A DNA stretch of 64,000 nt from Gammaproteobacteria bacterium (GTDB lineage: Bacteria > Pseudomonadota > Gammaproteobacteria > Steroidobacterales > JBCCMA01): assembly GCA_045107005.1 (NCBI GenBank), contig JBGCFP010000101.1, positions 1,374-65,373 of the forward strand, in the 5' to 3' direction. Shown here piece by piece: positions 9,909 to 19,776 of this stretch. Numbering within the stretch: position 1 is the stretch's first letter; each line of letters begins with the position of its first letter. The notes under the pieces were generated by a model, which was not told the origin of the DNA, did no database searches, and worked only from the letters and a program-made list of their open reading frames with translations. The position numbers and the translations under genes were made by a program.

Positions 9909-10379
9909 TTATTTCAGAACGTCGGGCCAGTTGGCGTCAGCTTTTTCGATAAAGGCAGCGCGATCGGCCTGCCATCGCTTACCGATCTTTCGGTTGTAGT
10001 TGACGTATAGCTTGCCATCCACAACGGCCCAGACTTTCGGATCACCCGACGCCGTATAGCCTTCAGAAACAGCCCACGCGCAATAGCCACCGTACTGTGG
10101 CGCGTAATTCTCCGGTGCCTTGGTGAACGCGTTCAGGTTTTCCTCGCTGCTGAATAGCCAGGTAGCGCCGTTCCATTGCGTCGAGAACTGCTTGTTGCCC
10201 TTGACGGGTTTGCCCTCGGAAAAATAGGCCACTGTGTCGTAACCTTTCAATGCCGTACTACTGAGCACACCGGTGTACACGGGTGCTTTATCCGCAAGGG
10301 CAGTGCCAGTTGGCAGTAACATCAGCAACAGCGCGATGAGCATGAAGGGTCGTGAAAAGCTGGCAGGATTAGAAAACAT
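9909..10379 (-). CDS. YHS domain-containing periplasmic protein (Cys form)
   Basis: Internal ATG at 10379 gives the signal peptide MFSNPASFSRPFMLIALLLMLLPTGTALA. The motifs GYDTVAYF, WLFSSEENLNAF and YGGYCAWAV are present. Confidence 0.85.
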   Translation of the reverse strand: MFSNPASFSRPFMLIALLLMLLPTGTALADKAPVYTGVLSSTALKGYDTVAYFSEGKPVKGNKQFSTQWNGATWLFSSEENLNAFTKAPENYAPQYGGYCAWAVSEGYTASGDPKVWAVVDGKLYVNYNRKIGKRWQADRAAFIEKADANWPDVLK

Positions 10380-10398
10380 GATGCGTTCCTCTGTTAGA

Positions 10399-12186
10399 TC
10401 AATAGGGTCGATGAGCGATGTATCGTTTGTGCTTGGCCGCGGGTAGCGCTGACAGATCAACGCTGAGCAACAGACCGGGCGTTGCTGCAAAATTGGAATC
10501 GACGCCGACGGCGTGAAATTCCGCGCCGAGCCCGGCGTAGTGACGCAACAGCACTGGAATACTTTTGCCGTCTTGTTCGCGCGCGGCGACGAGCGCGTTT
10601 AGCAACGCCAGATCGACATCATGACGAAGACAAAAGCGTTGCCATTCCGAACCCAGCACGTCTTCCATCGCCTGCCGCGCACGCACCTTTCTATCACCCG
10701 GCGCAATCAGCGTTGCGGCCATCATGGCGATCGACACAGGATCATACTGGCGGCTCAGTGAGACCGTGCCATACAGCGTGCCGTAGTGCGGGTGCGCCCG
10801 CAGATACCCGCCAATTCCGCGCCACAAAAAATCAAGCGAATGACGAGAGCGCTGGAACGGTGGCGTGACAAACGAACGTCCCAGCTCAAGCGCGGGCGCG
10901 CGCTCGGCAAAAAACGCCGGATCGAAATCAAACATCTGCTCAAGATAGCTGCCAGTGCCTGCGAGCAACCGATCGCGACGACCAATCCTGTAAGCGCCCA
11001 CCAGCGCTTCGCTGCTTTGGTCCCAACAATACAGTTGATCGAAATCCGCATCAAACGCATCGCTATCGGTTGGAGCGCCACTGCCCTCGTCAAGCATGCG
11101 GAACGTTCGCTCGCGCTCACGGGCAATATCTGCCATCAGGTTGGGAAACTGTGCCTGATTGCCAAAACCGACAATGAAGCCACGCGTTTCGAGCACGCGC
11201 TGCGCACGCGGCAACGCTTCGAGCTCGGCCGCAATCAGCGATCGGTCGCCCGCCGGTGCAAGCTTGTACGGCTCAACGGCAGGTCTGGACGGCTGGCTCG
11301 TACGCGCCGGTTGTAGCGTTGTCGTTGCCAGGCGCATGACATCGGTGAGCGTTGCGTCTTCAACGCCAGAGAAAAGCTCAGGATCGAAAGGCCGACCAAC
11401 AACCAGCTCGACGGTCTTATTTCGCGTGTTCAGTAACTCACGGGCCAACATCAAGAGCCGGAATCGATACCAGACATCGCCAAGCCGGTAAAACAGTTTG
11501 CTGTTCCTGCCGGTAAAGCGCATGGGCAAAATCGGCGCGCCCGTCTTGCGCGCCAGAATGGTGGTCGCCCGGCTCCACTCACTGTCTGCGATACAACCAA
11601 GATCAGCCTGATAGAACGATGTCCGCCCTGCCGGGAACATCACAAGTACGCCGCCGCTGCGTAACTGTCGCAAACTCTCGCGCAACCCGCGTCCGTTGGT
11701 CGGGTCGCTGGCATTGAGCGGGTTCACAAACAGAAAGTTGGGGGTGAGCTCCTTGAACACGCCAAGGGCGAGGTTTGCCATGATTTTGACATCGGGGCGC
11801 AACGCCGCGATGAGCTGCACCATGATCAGACCTTCAATGCCGCCGTGCGGATGATTCGCCACAACGATCACCGGTCCCTCGGTCGGCAGACGGTTCGCCA
11901 TATCGTCACCGCCGGCGACCGTTGCACCCAGACTTTGCAATGCCTCAGTGGCAAAACGATGCGGTGGCAAGCCGGCAAGTGCGTTTCTGTGATAGAGCTC
12001 GTCCAGCTCATTGATCCCCAACACGCGATCCAGCAACGGCGCCAACCGACAAAGGCGCCGACCAACCGGTGTGCCCGCATCGACAACACTGCGAACGGAT
12101 ATTCTCCTCGCTCGCGGTGACGCGCTCACGACTGGCGTAGCCCTGACATCGGCTCGCCGCTGGCAGAGCCCAGCGCATAGCAGCAA
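10399..12186 (-). CDS. Two-domain acyltransferase: N-terminal PlsC-like lysophospholipid acyltransferase + C-terminal OlsB-like GNAT N-acyltransferase (OlsF-like)
   Basis: 595 aa. The N-terminal half has VVANHPHGGIEGL and FPAGRTS acyltransferase blocks. The C-terminal half has ALVGAYRIG...ELGRSFVTPPFQRS...LWRGIGGYL, typical of the OlsB / N-acyl amino acid synthase family. The exact start is uncertain. Confidence 0.8.
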   Translation of the reverse strand: MLLCAGLCQRRADVRATPVVSASPRARRISVRSVVDAGTPVGRRLCRLAPLLDRVLGINELDELYHRNALAGLPPHRFATEALQSLGATVAGGDDMANRLPTEGPVIVVANHPHGGIEGLIMVQLIAALRPDVKIMANLALGVFKELTPNFLFVNPLNASDPTNGRGLRESLRQLRSGGVLVMFPAGRTSFYQADLGCIADSEWSRATTILARKTGAPILPMRFTGRNSKLFYRLGDVWYRFRLLMLARELLNTRNKTVELVVGRPFDPELFSGVEDATLTDVMRLATTTLQPARTSQPSRPAVEPYKLAPAGDRSLIAAELEALPRAQRVLETRGFIVGFGNQAQFPNLMADIARERERTFRMLDEGSGAPTDSDAFDADFDQLYCWDQSSEALVGAYRIGRRDRLLAGTGSYLEQMFDFDPAFFAERAPALELGRSFVTPPFQRSRHSLDFLWRGIGGYLRAHPHYGTLYGTVSLSRQYDPVSIAMMAATLIAPGDRKVRARQAMEDVLGSEWQRFCLRHDVDLALLNALVAAREQDGKSIPVLLRHYAGLGAEFHAVGVDSNFAATPGLLLSVDLSALPAAKHKRYIAHRPY

Positions 12187-12362
12187 ACGTCACCGCCATT
12201 TACGTTTCCATCGGTCGTCGACAACACGATCATGCTACCTGTTCCGGTTGAGAGTCTGCGGCGGCGAAGTGTTCGCCCCAGTGTTACAGACCCCGGTCAA
12301 CCCCAAATTATTTCATCGGGCAGTCGAGTGAGCGCGCGCAGCGGCCTATCGGCGATTCAGAA

Positions 12363-13109
12363 TCAGGACTGTAATACCTGCCAGAAGAGCACCAACCCAA
12401 CCAAGAAAATACTGGCGTAGATCGTGTTGTAAAACATCTCGTTGCTGAGTCTTCGGTTGGCCAGTACACCCAGGTAGACGCCGATGGGAGCTAGCGGCAA
12501 AAGCACAAGGGAGGTTGTGAGATTCGCCGGTGCCAGCATTCCCAACATCGCGTAGGGGATGATTTTGATAAAATTGACCGCGGCGAAGAAAACGACCGAC
12601 GTACCCGCATAGATTTTTCTGTCGAGTCGTTGGGGCACCATGTAGAGCTGAAAAGGCGGCGCCCCGGCGTGCGCCAGAAAGCTTGTAAAACCACTAAAGG
12701 CACCGAGAAAAACGCCGCTGGCGCCGCTCGGGTTTTTGACCGTATTCTTAGCGCTGGCTCGAAACCAGTGGTTCAGCGCAAAGACAATCGCGATAGTGCC
12801 GACGATAATTCGAATCCAGTCGTCGTTGATAAACTGTGCGGCGAACGCACCAATGGCAATACCGATGACGGCGCTGGGCAGCAAGAGAATGAGGTTGCGC
12901 TTGTCATACGCCCCGCGGTACGCATACAGGCTTTGAATATCCATCACCAGCAAAATGGGAAGCATGATTCCCGCCGCTTGTACCGGTGATACCACCAGTG
13001 CCATCAACGGCACCGCAAGCAGCGCTACCCCGCCAAAGCCCCCTTTCGAGACACCGGTAATCAAGACCGAGGGAATCGCGGCCAAATAGAAGAGGTAATC
13101 GGTAATCAT
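12363..13109 (-). CDS. TauE/SafE family sulfite/anion exporter
   Basis: 248 aa, polytopic. The N-terminus ...VSKGGFGGVALLAVPLMAL and the internal duplication are typical of TauE/SafE. Confidence 0.9.
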   Translation of the reverse strand: MITDYLFYLAAIPSVLITGVSKGGFGGVALLAVPLMALVVSPVQAAGIMLPILLVMDIQSLYAYRGAYDKRNLILLLPSAVIGIAIGAFAAQFINDDWIRIIVGTIAIVFALNHWFRASAKNTVKNPSGASGVFLGAFSGFTSFLAHAGAPPFQLYMVPQRLDRKIYAGTSVVFFAAVNFIKIIPYAMLGMLAPANLTTSLVLLPLAPIGVYLGVLANRRLSNEMFYNTIYASIFLVGLVLFWQVLQS

Positions 13110-13256
13110 GGGTGGCCGCTATTATGTCACCGGGGATTGTGTCGATTTCAAGGCACTAACACTCTGAATCTGCGTACACGAATCGCCGGCCTGAGCGCCA
13201 CGGGCGTTGTGGCCCTCAATCCTGGTTGGCCGACTCTCCGTAATAATTTCGTCATT

Positions 13257-13274
13257 TTGTAACGAAACTGTCAT
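13257..13274 (+). promoter_or_regulatory. Pho-box-like site upstream of the porin gene
   Basis: TTGTAAC-gaaa-CTGTCAT follows the 7-4-7 layout of the PhoB box (CTGTCAT-N4-CTGTCAT). A further half-site TTCGTCAT lies at 13248-13255. The site is 95 nt upstream of the ATG. Confidence 0.4.
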
Positions 13275-13368
13275 CAAACAGCCTCAAACTCAGCGCCGAC
13301 CTGGACCGCCGCAACGTTTGCTTGCAGGCGGCAGATTTACGTTATTCACCGTCGAAGAGATCCTGGCC

Positions 13369-14784
13369 ATGACCTTATCCCGCGGACTCCCGAAATTCTG
13401 CATTACTTTTTTCAGCGCCGTGCTGTTCCTGTCTGCAAGCCTGACGGCTCAAGCGGCCGACAAGGCGCTACTGGACATGTTGCTTCAAAACGGTGCGCTG
13501 ACGCAGGCCCAGTACGATACGTTGATGCAGCGCGACAGCCTCACCGCTGAGGATTTCGCGGCCGCCAGCGACGAGACCAAGCTCGAAGCCGTGGTCAAGA
13601 CGCAGGTGGAAGAGGCGACGCCGGTCGTCGCCAGCCACAGCAGCAAAGGATTTCGTCTCGCGACGCGCGACGGCGATTGGGAAACCAATCTGCTGTGGCG
13701 CGCCCAGCTGCGCTACACCAACCCGAGCACGGGCGATCCGCGGCGACTGTCCTCATTCGACGACGCCAGCAGCGCGACACTCGAGGCCCGGCGCTTGCGC
13801 ATGAAAATCGGTGGACACGGCTTCAAGCCGTGGTTGAAGTACTATTTTGAAGTGGATCTGCAGCCCAGTCGCGATGTCGACGACAGCTCGTCATCCGCCA
13901 GCGCGCGCGTCATCGATTGGCGTGCCGACGTGGCCAAGTGGTCCTGGGGCGGTATTCGTGCCGGTCAGTGGAAAATTGATTACAACCGCGAGCGCGTCGA
14001 TTCCTCCGGGCGCCAGCAGTTCGTGGAACGCTCCATCGTTAACCGTGTGTTCACCGTCGATCGCCAGGTCGGTGTCCAGTTGCGCGGCCATGCGTTCAAA
14101 GGCACGTCTGCCGATTTGCGTTGGTACGCCGGTGTGTTCAACGGCGAAGGCCGCGGTGTACGCAATGTGGACAACAACCTCATGTACATCGGCAGACTGC
14201 AGTGGAATTTCCTCGGTCGCGATCTTGCACTGCGCCAGACCGATGTCGAATACACTGAATTGCCGACCGCAAGCCTCGCGTTTGGCGGTTCCACCACCAC
14301 CGGCGCCTGCACGCGCTGGTCGTCATCCGGTTGCGGCAATCTGGACGGCTTTACCTCGGCGGGCTCGGCCGGTATCGATCAGTTCGAGGTCGACCAAGCC
14401 GTGCAGGAATTTGCGTACAAGTGGCGTGGGCTGTCGATTCAGCAGGAATACCACCGCAAACAAGTCACAGACAGGATTGGGGGCACCAAGAGTGACCTGA
14501 CCGGCGGGTATCTTCAGGCCGGGTATTTCTTCCACAACCTGTTCCCATCGGTCCCACGGCCGCTCGAACTCGCCATGCGCTACGCATTTGTGGAGGAACC
14601 CAACGCAACGGACATCTCATTCGACAATGATCGGGAAGAGCTCACCCTCGCGGCCAACTGGTTTTTCCGTGGTCACAACAACAAGCTGACTCTGGATGTT
14701 TCGCACCTGAGCCTCGAAGATGGCCTGGTGGGTCGGGGTGAGTCGGAGAACCGCCTGCGCTTCCAGTGGGACGTGTCATTCTGA
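13369..14784 (+). CDS. Phosphate-selective porin O/P family outer-membrane protein
   Basis: ATG at 13369 gives the signal peptide MTLSRGLPKFCITFFSAVLFLSASLTAQA. The protein has an N-terminal helical LLQNGALTQAQYDTLMQ segment, a beta-barrel-type alternating sequence and a terminal ...RFQWDVSF. It is adjacent to the pst operon. Confidence 0.85.
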   Translation: MTLSRGLPKFCITFFSAVLFLSASLTAQAADKALLDMLLQNGALTQAQYDTLMQRDSLTAEDFAAASDETKLEAVVKTQVEEATPVVASHSSKGFRLATRDGDWETNLLWRAQLRYTNPSTGDPRRLSSFDDASSATLEARRLRMKIGGHGFKPWLKYYFEVDLQPSRDVDDSSSSASARVIDWRADVAKWSWGGIRAGQWKIDYNRERVDSSGRQQFVERSIVNRVFTVDRQVGVQLRGHAFKGTSADLRWYAGVFNGEGRGVRNVDNNLMYIGRLQWNFLGRDLALRQTDVEYTELPTASLAFGGSTTTGACTRWSSSGCGNLDGFTSAGSAGIDQFEVDQAVQEFAYKWRGLSIQQEYHRKQVTDRIGGTKSDLTGGYLQAGYFFHNLFPSVPRPLELAMRYAFVEEPNATDISFDNDREELTLAANWFFRGHNNKLTLDVSHLSLEDGLVGRGESENRLRFQWDVSF

Positions 14785-14902
14785 TCTGAGGCGAAACAGA
14801 GGCCGAAAATGGGTCTACGGGCGTCAAGTGACAACTTATCACGATTCGGTAAAGCTTTGTTCTATATATGAATAATGCCGATTCCTTGTAACGCCCGCCA
14901 AA

Positions 14903-14920
14903 GTGAAACATTTTCGTAAC
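14903..14920 (+). promoter_or_regulatory. Candidate Pho box upstream of pstS (weak)
   Basis: GTGAAAC-attt-TCGTAAC in a 7-4-7 arrangement, 50 nt upstream of the pstS ATG. The match to the consensus is degenerate. Confidence 0.3.
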
Positions 14921-14969
14921 ATACGCACCCTAGACTAGCCCCATCAAGAACGACTCGCAGGAGTAAAGC

Positions 14970-16043
14970 ATGAAAAAATTCATCAAGTTAGGCGGTATTT
15001 TGCTGGCCACCGGCTGTGTTGCCGCGAGCTTGCCGGCTCTGGCCCAAAACAGCCGCGACCAGATCAACATTGTTGGCTCGTCGACGGTGTACCCTTTTGC
15101 GACTGTCGTCGCCGAGAATTTCGGCAACGCCACGAAATTCAAGACGCCGAAAATTGAACCCACCGGATCTGGCGGCGGCTTGAAGGCCTTCTGCGCCGGC
15201 ATTGGCGTTCAGCATCCAGACGTCACCAATTCCTCCCGTCGCATCAAGCAGTCGGAAATCGATCTGTGCGCCAAAAACGGCGTAGCGGAAATTGTCGAAG
15301 TCAACATCGGCTATGACGGCATCGTGATAGCAAACTCGATCGAAGCTCAGCCCATCGAGCTCTCGCGACGTGACATTTTCCTGGCGCTGGCCAAACATGT
15401 GCCGAACCCGGACATGAAAGCCGAAACCAAACTCGTCGAGAACCCGTACGAGACCTGGCAGGACGTCAACAGTGCGCTGCCGGCGATCAAGATCGAAGTA
15501 CTCGGCCCGCCGCCAACCTCAGGTACGCGCGACGCGTTTGTGGAGCTCGCTATGGAAGGTGGCTGCAAGACCTTTGACTGGATCAAGGCCATGAAAGGCA
15601 GTGACAAGAACGCCTACAAGGCGCTGTGTCACACGATGCGCGAAGACGGAAAATTCGTGGAAGTTGGCGAAAACGATAACCTGATTGTCACCAAGCTCAA
15701 TCACAACAAGTCAGCACTGGGAATCTTCGGCTTCAGCTTCCTGGACCAGAACAGCGACAGCGTTCAGGGATCCAGGATCGACGGCCAGCCTCCAACATTC
15801 GACGCGATTGCTGACGGCAGCTACCCGGTGTCGCGACCGCTGTATTTCTACGTGAAGAAGGCGCACATCGGTACGATCCCGGGCATCCAGGAATACATCG
15901 ACGAGTTCATCAGCGACAACGCGATTGGCGAAGACGGCTATCTGACGGATAAGGGCTTGATTCCTCTGCCGGAAGACGAGCGCGAGGAAGTTTTGAATGC
16001 TGTGACAGGCCTGATTTCTGTTAAGCTTGCGGCCGCTGACTAG
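14970..16043 (+). CDS. pstS: Phosphate ABC transporter substrate-binding protein
   Basis: 357 aa with a signal peptide and IVGSSTVYPF and TGSGGG motifs of the PstS-type PBP family. It is first in the pstSCAB order. Confidence 0.9.
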   Translation: MKKFIKLGGILLATGCVAASLPALAQNSRDQINIVGSSTVYPFATVVAENFGNATKFKTPKIEPTGSGGGLKAFCAGIGVQHPDVTNSSRRIKQSEIDLCAKNGVAEIVEVNIGYDGIVIANSIEAQPIELSRRDIFLALAKHVPNPDMKAETKLVENPYETWQDVNSALPAIKIEVLGPPPTSGTRDAFVELAMEGGCKTFDWIKAMKGSDKNAYKALCHTMREDGKFVEVGENDNLIVTKLNHNKSALGIFGFSFLDQNSDSVQGSRIDGQPPTFDAIADGSYPVSRPLYFYVKKAHIGTIPGIQEYIDEFISDNAIGEDGYLTDKGLIPLPEDEREEVLNAVTGLISVKLAAAD

Positions 16044-16074
16044 CTTCGCAGACGCTGTCTTAATTTTTGATGCG

Positions 16075-16105
16075 CGGCGGTCTTTGAACAAAGATCGCCG
16101 TTTTT
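16075..16105 (+). terminator. Hairpin + T-tract between pstS and pstC (terminator/attenuator)
   Basis: Arms cggcggtctttg (16075-16086) and caaagatcgccg (16089-16100) pair at 11 of 12 positions. TTTTT follows at 16101-16105. Confidence 0.55.
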
Positions 16106-16177
16106 CGTTTTACACAATGACTGTTCTACGCGGGATTCGCTGGGTCCGTCGATAATCAGGTTTACAAGCGGCAACTC

Positions 16178-17569
16178 TTGAGCACGTTCACCCTTATCTT
16201 ATGTGTCTTGGCGATGACCGCTGTCGGCTACGTTCTGGCGTGGCAGCGCTCGGTTTCCGTGTCTGGGGGACCGGGGCAATCCCGCAAACTCCATTCGCTG
16301 TCGTCCTATCATGGGGCTTATACCGCCCTGTGGATGACGTTGCCGGTGTTCGTGATGGTGCTGGTCTGGGGTATGGCTCAGCAGTATTTTATTGAGAGCA
16401 ATCTGGTTGCTCAATTGCCGCAGAAATATCAGGAGATGACGGCCGATGAGCTGAATCTTGCGCTCAACGAAATCTCCAATCTGGCCACTGGCGGCATTAC
16501 CAACTTTGAACAGCCCGATGAGGCGGCTAAAGCGGCCGCTAACGAATTTAGTCGGCTGTACCAGCGTTCAGCGCTCTATCGCACTCTCTTGGGTTTCGCG
16601 CTGGCGATCGCCGGCTTCGTGCTTTCCTGGCGCCGGATTAGCGTGGAATTTCGTGCGCGCAACCGGGTAGAAAAGATCGTCCGGGGGATATTGCTGGCCT
16701 GTTCCATGGTCGCCATCTTGACCACCATCGGCATTCTTCTGTCGGTCATTTTCGAGGCGATACGTTTCTTCGGAATGGTGCCGCTTACCGATTTCCTGTT
16801 CGGATTACAGTGGTCGCCGCAAACCGCCATTCGCAGCGATCAGGTGGGATCATCCGGATCCTTTGGCGCCATTCCCTTGTTCAGCGGCACTCTGCTCATC
16901 GCCGTGATTGCCATGTTGGTCGCGACGCCGGTGGGGCTAATGACCGCGATCTATTTGTCCGAGTACGCCTCCAAGCGTTTTCGCGCTTTTGCCAAGCCGG
17001 CTCTCGAGGTGCTCGCCGGCATCCCCACCGTGGTTTATGGCTTCTTCGCAGTGGTGACCGTCGGGCCCCTGATCGCCGATACGGCGGCACTGGTCGGTCT
17101 GGAAGTGACACAAGGGGCAGCCCTTGGGGTTGGCCTGGTCATGGGTATCATGATTATCCCGTTCGTCTCATCACTGTCGGACGACGTGATTAATGCCGTG
17201 CCGCAAGCCATGCGCGATGGCAGCTACGGACTTGGCGCAACGCAATCCGAGACCATTCGTCGAGTCGTGATTCCGGCAGCGTTGCCCGGCATCGTGGGCG
17301 GCATATTGCTGGCGCTTTCGCGCGCCATTGGCGAGACCATGATCGTGGTAATGGCGGCGGGACTGTCGGCAAATCTGACGGCCAATCCACTCGAGTCAGT
17401 GACCACCGTTACCGCGCAGATCGTTAACCTGCTGGTGGGCGATCAGGAATTTGACAGTGCCAAGACACTCGCCGCGTTTGCGTTGGGGCTGGTCTTGTTC
17501 GTCTCGACACTCATTCTTAATGTGATTGCGCTGCACGTCGTAAGACGTTACCGCGAGCAGTATGCGTAA
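16178..17569 (+). CDS. pstC: Phosphate ABC transporter permease PstC (long form)
   Basis: 463 aa, TTG start, polytopic. The EAA-loop region is SRAIGETMIVVMAAG. Confidence 0.9.
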   Translation: MSTFTLILCVLAMTAVGYVLAWQRSVSVSGGPGQSRKLHSLSSYHGAYTALWMTLPVFVMVLVWGMAQQYFIESNLVAQLPQKYQEMTADELNLALNEISNLATGGITNFEQPDEAAKAAANEFSRLYQRSALYRTLLGFALAIAGFVLSWRRISVEFRARNRVEKIVRGILLACSMVAILTTIGILLSVIFEAIRFFGMVPLTDFLFGLQWSPQTAIRSDQVGSSGSFGAIPLFSGTLLIAVIAMLVATPVGLMTAIYLSEYASKRFRAFAKPALEVLAGIPTVVYGFFAVVTVGPLIADTAALVGLEVTQGAALGVGLVMGIMIIPFVSSLSDDVINAVPQAMRDGSYGLGATQSETIRRVVIPAALPGIVGGILLALSRAIGETMIVVMAAGLSANLTANPLESVTTVTAQIVNLLVGDQEFDSAKTLAAFALGLVLFVSTLILNVIALHVVRRYREQYA

Positions 17570-17578
17570 AGGGCAGAT

Positions 17579-18880
17579 GTGAACGAGCCTAAAAAAGAGA
17601 AACGCGGGCAAAACGACACCCTCGAACGGGTACGCGCCGGCATCGAAAAGCGCTACAAAAAAGAGCGCCGTTTTCGCCAGATGGGACTGCTCGCCGTTAT
17701 GGTCGGCCTGGTCTTTCTTCTGTTCTTTTTTGGCAGCATTATTTCGCGTGGCTATACCGCGTTCGTGCAAACTGAGCTCCAACTCAACGTTACGTTTGAC
17801 GAAAAAATCATCGACGCCAGCGGCAACCGTGACCCGGAAAAACTGGCGCGCGCCAACTATCGAACGGTGGTGCGCAACGCACTGATGGCCGATCTCGGCG
17901 AAGTCAAAGGACGCAAGGCGCGCAAGGCAATACTCGGGCTGGCAAGCAATAGCGCAGCGTTTGAGTTGCGCGATCGGGTCGTGGCGGACCCGAGCCTCAT
18001 TGGCGGCACGCAAACACTGTGGGTGCTGGCCGACGACGAAGTGGATTTGTATCTGAAATCAGACCAAACGGCGGAGACCTATACGGGTCGGCTGTCGCCG
18101 GAACAAATTGCCTGGATCGACACCTTACGCAGCGCCGGCAAGCTGAAGCTGAAGTTCAACGTTGGGTTTTTGACCAACGGCGATTCACGAGAGCCGGAGC
18201 AAGCTGGCGTTTTGGGAGCGGCGCTCGGTTCTTTCTACATGCTTATTATTACGCTCGCCGTCGCTTTCCCGGTGGGAGTGGCCGCGTCGATCTATCTCGA
18301 GGAGTTCGCGCCGACCAATCGCTTTACTGACTTGATCGAAGTCAACATCAATAATCTGGCGGCGGTTCCGTCGATCGTGTTCGGATTGCTTGGTCTGGCC
18401 GTGTTTATCAATTTCTTTGGGTTGCCGCGTTCAGCGCCTTTGGTTGGTGGATTGGTACTGAGCCTGATGACACTGCCGGTGGTCATTATTGCCGGGCGCG
18501 CGTCGATCAAATCGGTGCCACCGTCGATCAGGGAGGCGGCGTTGGGCTTGGGCGCTTCGCGCAACCAGGTCGTGTTTCACCACGTCCTGCCTCTGGCGAT
18601 GCCCGGCATGCTCACTGGCACCATTATTGGTATGGCGCGAGCGCTTGGCGAATCAGCGCCGCTACTGATGATTGGCATGGTGGCGTTTATTGTCGACAAG
18701 CCGACCGGGCCGCTCGACTCTGCCACCGCACTGCCCGTACAGATTTTCCTCTGGTTTGATATCCCCGAGCGCGCGTTTACCGAACGCACGTCGGGCGCGA
18801 TCATCGTGCTGCTGCTGTTCCTGCTCGCCATGAACGGTACCGCGGTCTGGCTGCGCAAGAAATTCGAGCGTCGTTGGTAG
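17579..18880 (+). CDS. pstA: Phosphate ABC transporter permease PstA (long form)
   Basis: 433 aa, polytopic. The EAA-loop is [14 protein letters not shown]. It follows pstC. Confidence 0.9.
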   Translation: MNEPKKEKRGQNDTLERVRAGIEKRYKKERRFRQMGLLAVMVGLVFLLFFFGSIISRGYTAFVQTELQLNVTFDEKIIDASGNRDPEKLARANYRTVVRNALMADLGEVKGRKARKAILGLASNSAAFELRDRVVADPSLIGGTQTLWVLADDEVDLYLKSDQTAETYTGRLSPEQIAWIDTLRSAGKLKLKFNVGFLTNGDSREPEQAGVLGAALGSFYMLIITLAVAFPVGVAASIYLEEFAPTNRFTDLIEVNINNLAAVPSIVFGLLGLAVFINFFGLPRSAPLVGGLVLSLMTLPVVIIAGRASIKSVPPSIREAALGLGASRNQVVFHHVLPLAMPGMLTGTIIGMARALGESAPLLMIGMVAFIVDKPTGPLDSATALPVQIFLWFDIPERAFTERTSGAIIVLLLFLLAMNGTAVWLRKKFERRW

Positions 18881-19701
18881 CCACCGGTTTGAACAATCCT
18901 GCTCAGAACGAAGCCTATGAAACCGTCGGCAACATTGAGGCGGCCGAGCCGGTATTTCGTGCGCGCAATGTGGACGTTTACTACGGCGACAAGCAGGCCA
19001 TCGACGCGGTCAACCTCGATTTTGGCAAGAACGAAGTGGTCGCTCTCATCGGCCCGTCCGGCTGCGGAAAATCGACGTTTTTGCGCTGTCTGAATCGCAT
19101 GAATGACTCGATTGAATCGGCTCGTGTGACCGGAGACATCACGATCTACGATGAGGACATTTATGATCGCTCCATGGACGTTGTGCTGCTGCGCGCCCGC
19201 GTCGGCATGGTCTTCCAAAAGCCTAATCCGTTTCCAAAAAGTATTTACGAGAACGTCGCCTATGGTCCGCGCATACATGGTTTGGCGACAGATCGAGCGC
19301 AGCTCGACGACATTGTTTTTACCAGTTTGCGTAAAGCCGGTTTGCTCGAAGAGGTGAAAGATCGCCTTGACGAGCCCGGCACCGGGTTATCTGGTGGTCA
19401 GCAGCAACGGCTGTGTATCGCTCGCACCATTGCCGTTGATCCCGAAGTGATTTTGATGGATGAGCCCTGCTCAGCGCTCGATCCGATTGCCACGGCACGG
19501 ATTGAAGATTTGATCGACGAACTGTCGGCCAATTACACCATCGCGATTGTCACGCACTCGATGCATCAGGCGGCCCGAGTATCACAACGGACCGCCTATT
19601 TTCATTTGGGCAAACTGATTGAGGTTGGGCGTACCGACGATATTTTTACCCACCCGCGACACAAACTGACCGAAGATTACGTTACCGGTCGCTTTGGCTA
19701 G
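18874..19701 (+). CDS. pstB: Phosphate ABC transporter ATP-binding protein
   Basis: Walker [10 protein letters not shown], signature LSGGQQQRL and Walker B ILMDEP, plus the PstB-typical [15 protein letters not shown] and CLNRMND. Confidence 0.95.
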   Translation: MVATGLNNPAQNEAYETVGNIEAAEPVFRARNVDVYYGDKQAIDAVNLDFGKNEVVALIGPSGCGKSTFLRCLNRMNDSIESARVTGDITIYDEDIYDRSMDVVLLRARVGMVFQKPNPFPKSIYENVAYGPRIHGLATDRAQLDDIVFTSLRKAGLLEEVKDRLDEPGTGLSGGQQQRLCIARTIAVDPEVILMDEPCSALDPIATARIEDLIDELSANYTIAIVTHSMHQAARVSQRTAYFHLGKLIEVGRTDDIFTHPRHKLTEDYVTGRFG

Positions 19702-19776
19702 TTTGCACGAGCTTCATCGCTGCGTTCCTGTGTATTACGACGGGGCAGACTGCTCTATCCCACCGACAACAAGGAA

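Noticed and set aside
9909-10490. Possible selenoprotein form, and a long N-terminal extension, of the YHS-domain protein.
   Set aside because: The position that is Sec in selenoprotein members reads Cys here (GGYCAWAV), with no in-frame TGA. The extension lacks a signal peptide, whereas the internal ATG at 10379 gives a clean one.
13847-14500. 217-aa plus-strand ORF in an alternative frame of the porin gene.
   Set aside because: The porin frame has a signal peptide, beta-barrel periodicity and a terminal Phe. The alternative frame is Ser/Ala/Arg/Pro-rich with no motifs.
17396-19278. Minus-strand ORFs 17396..18013 and 18577..19278.
   Set aside because: They are antisense to pstC/pstA/pstB, whose identities are clear.
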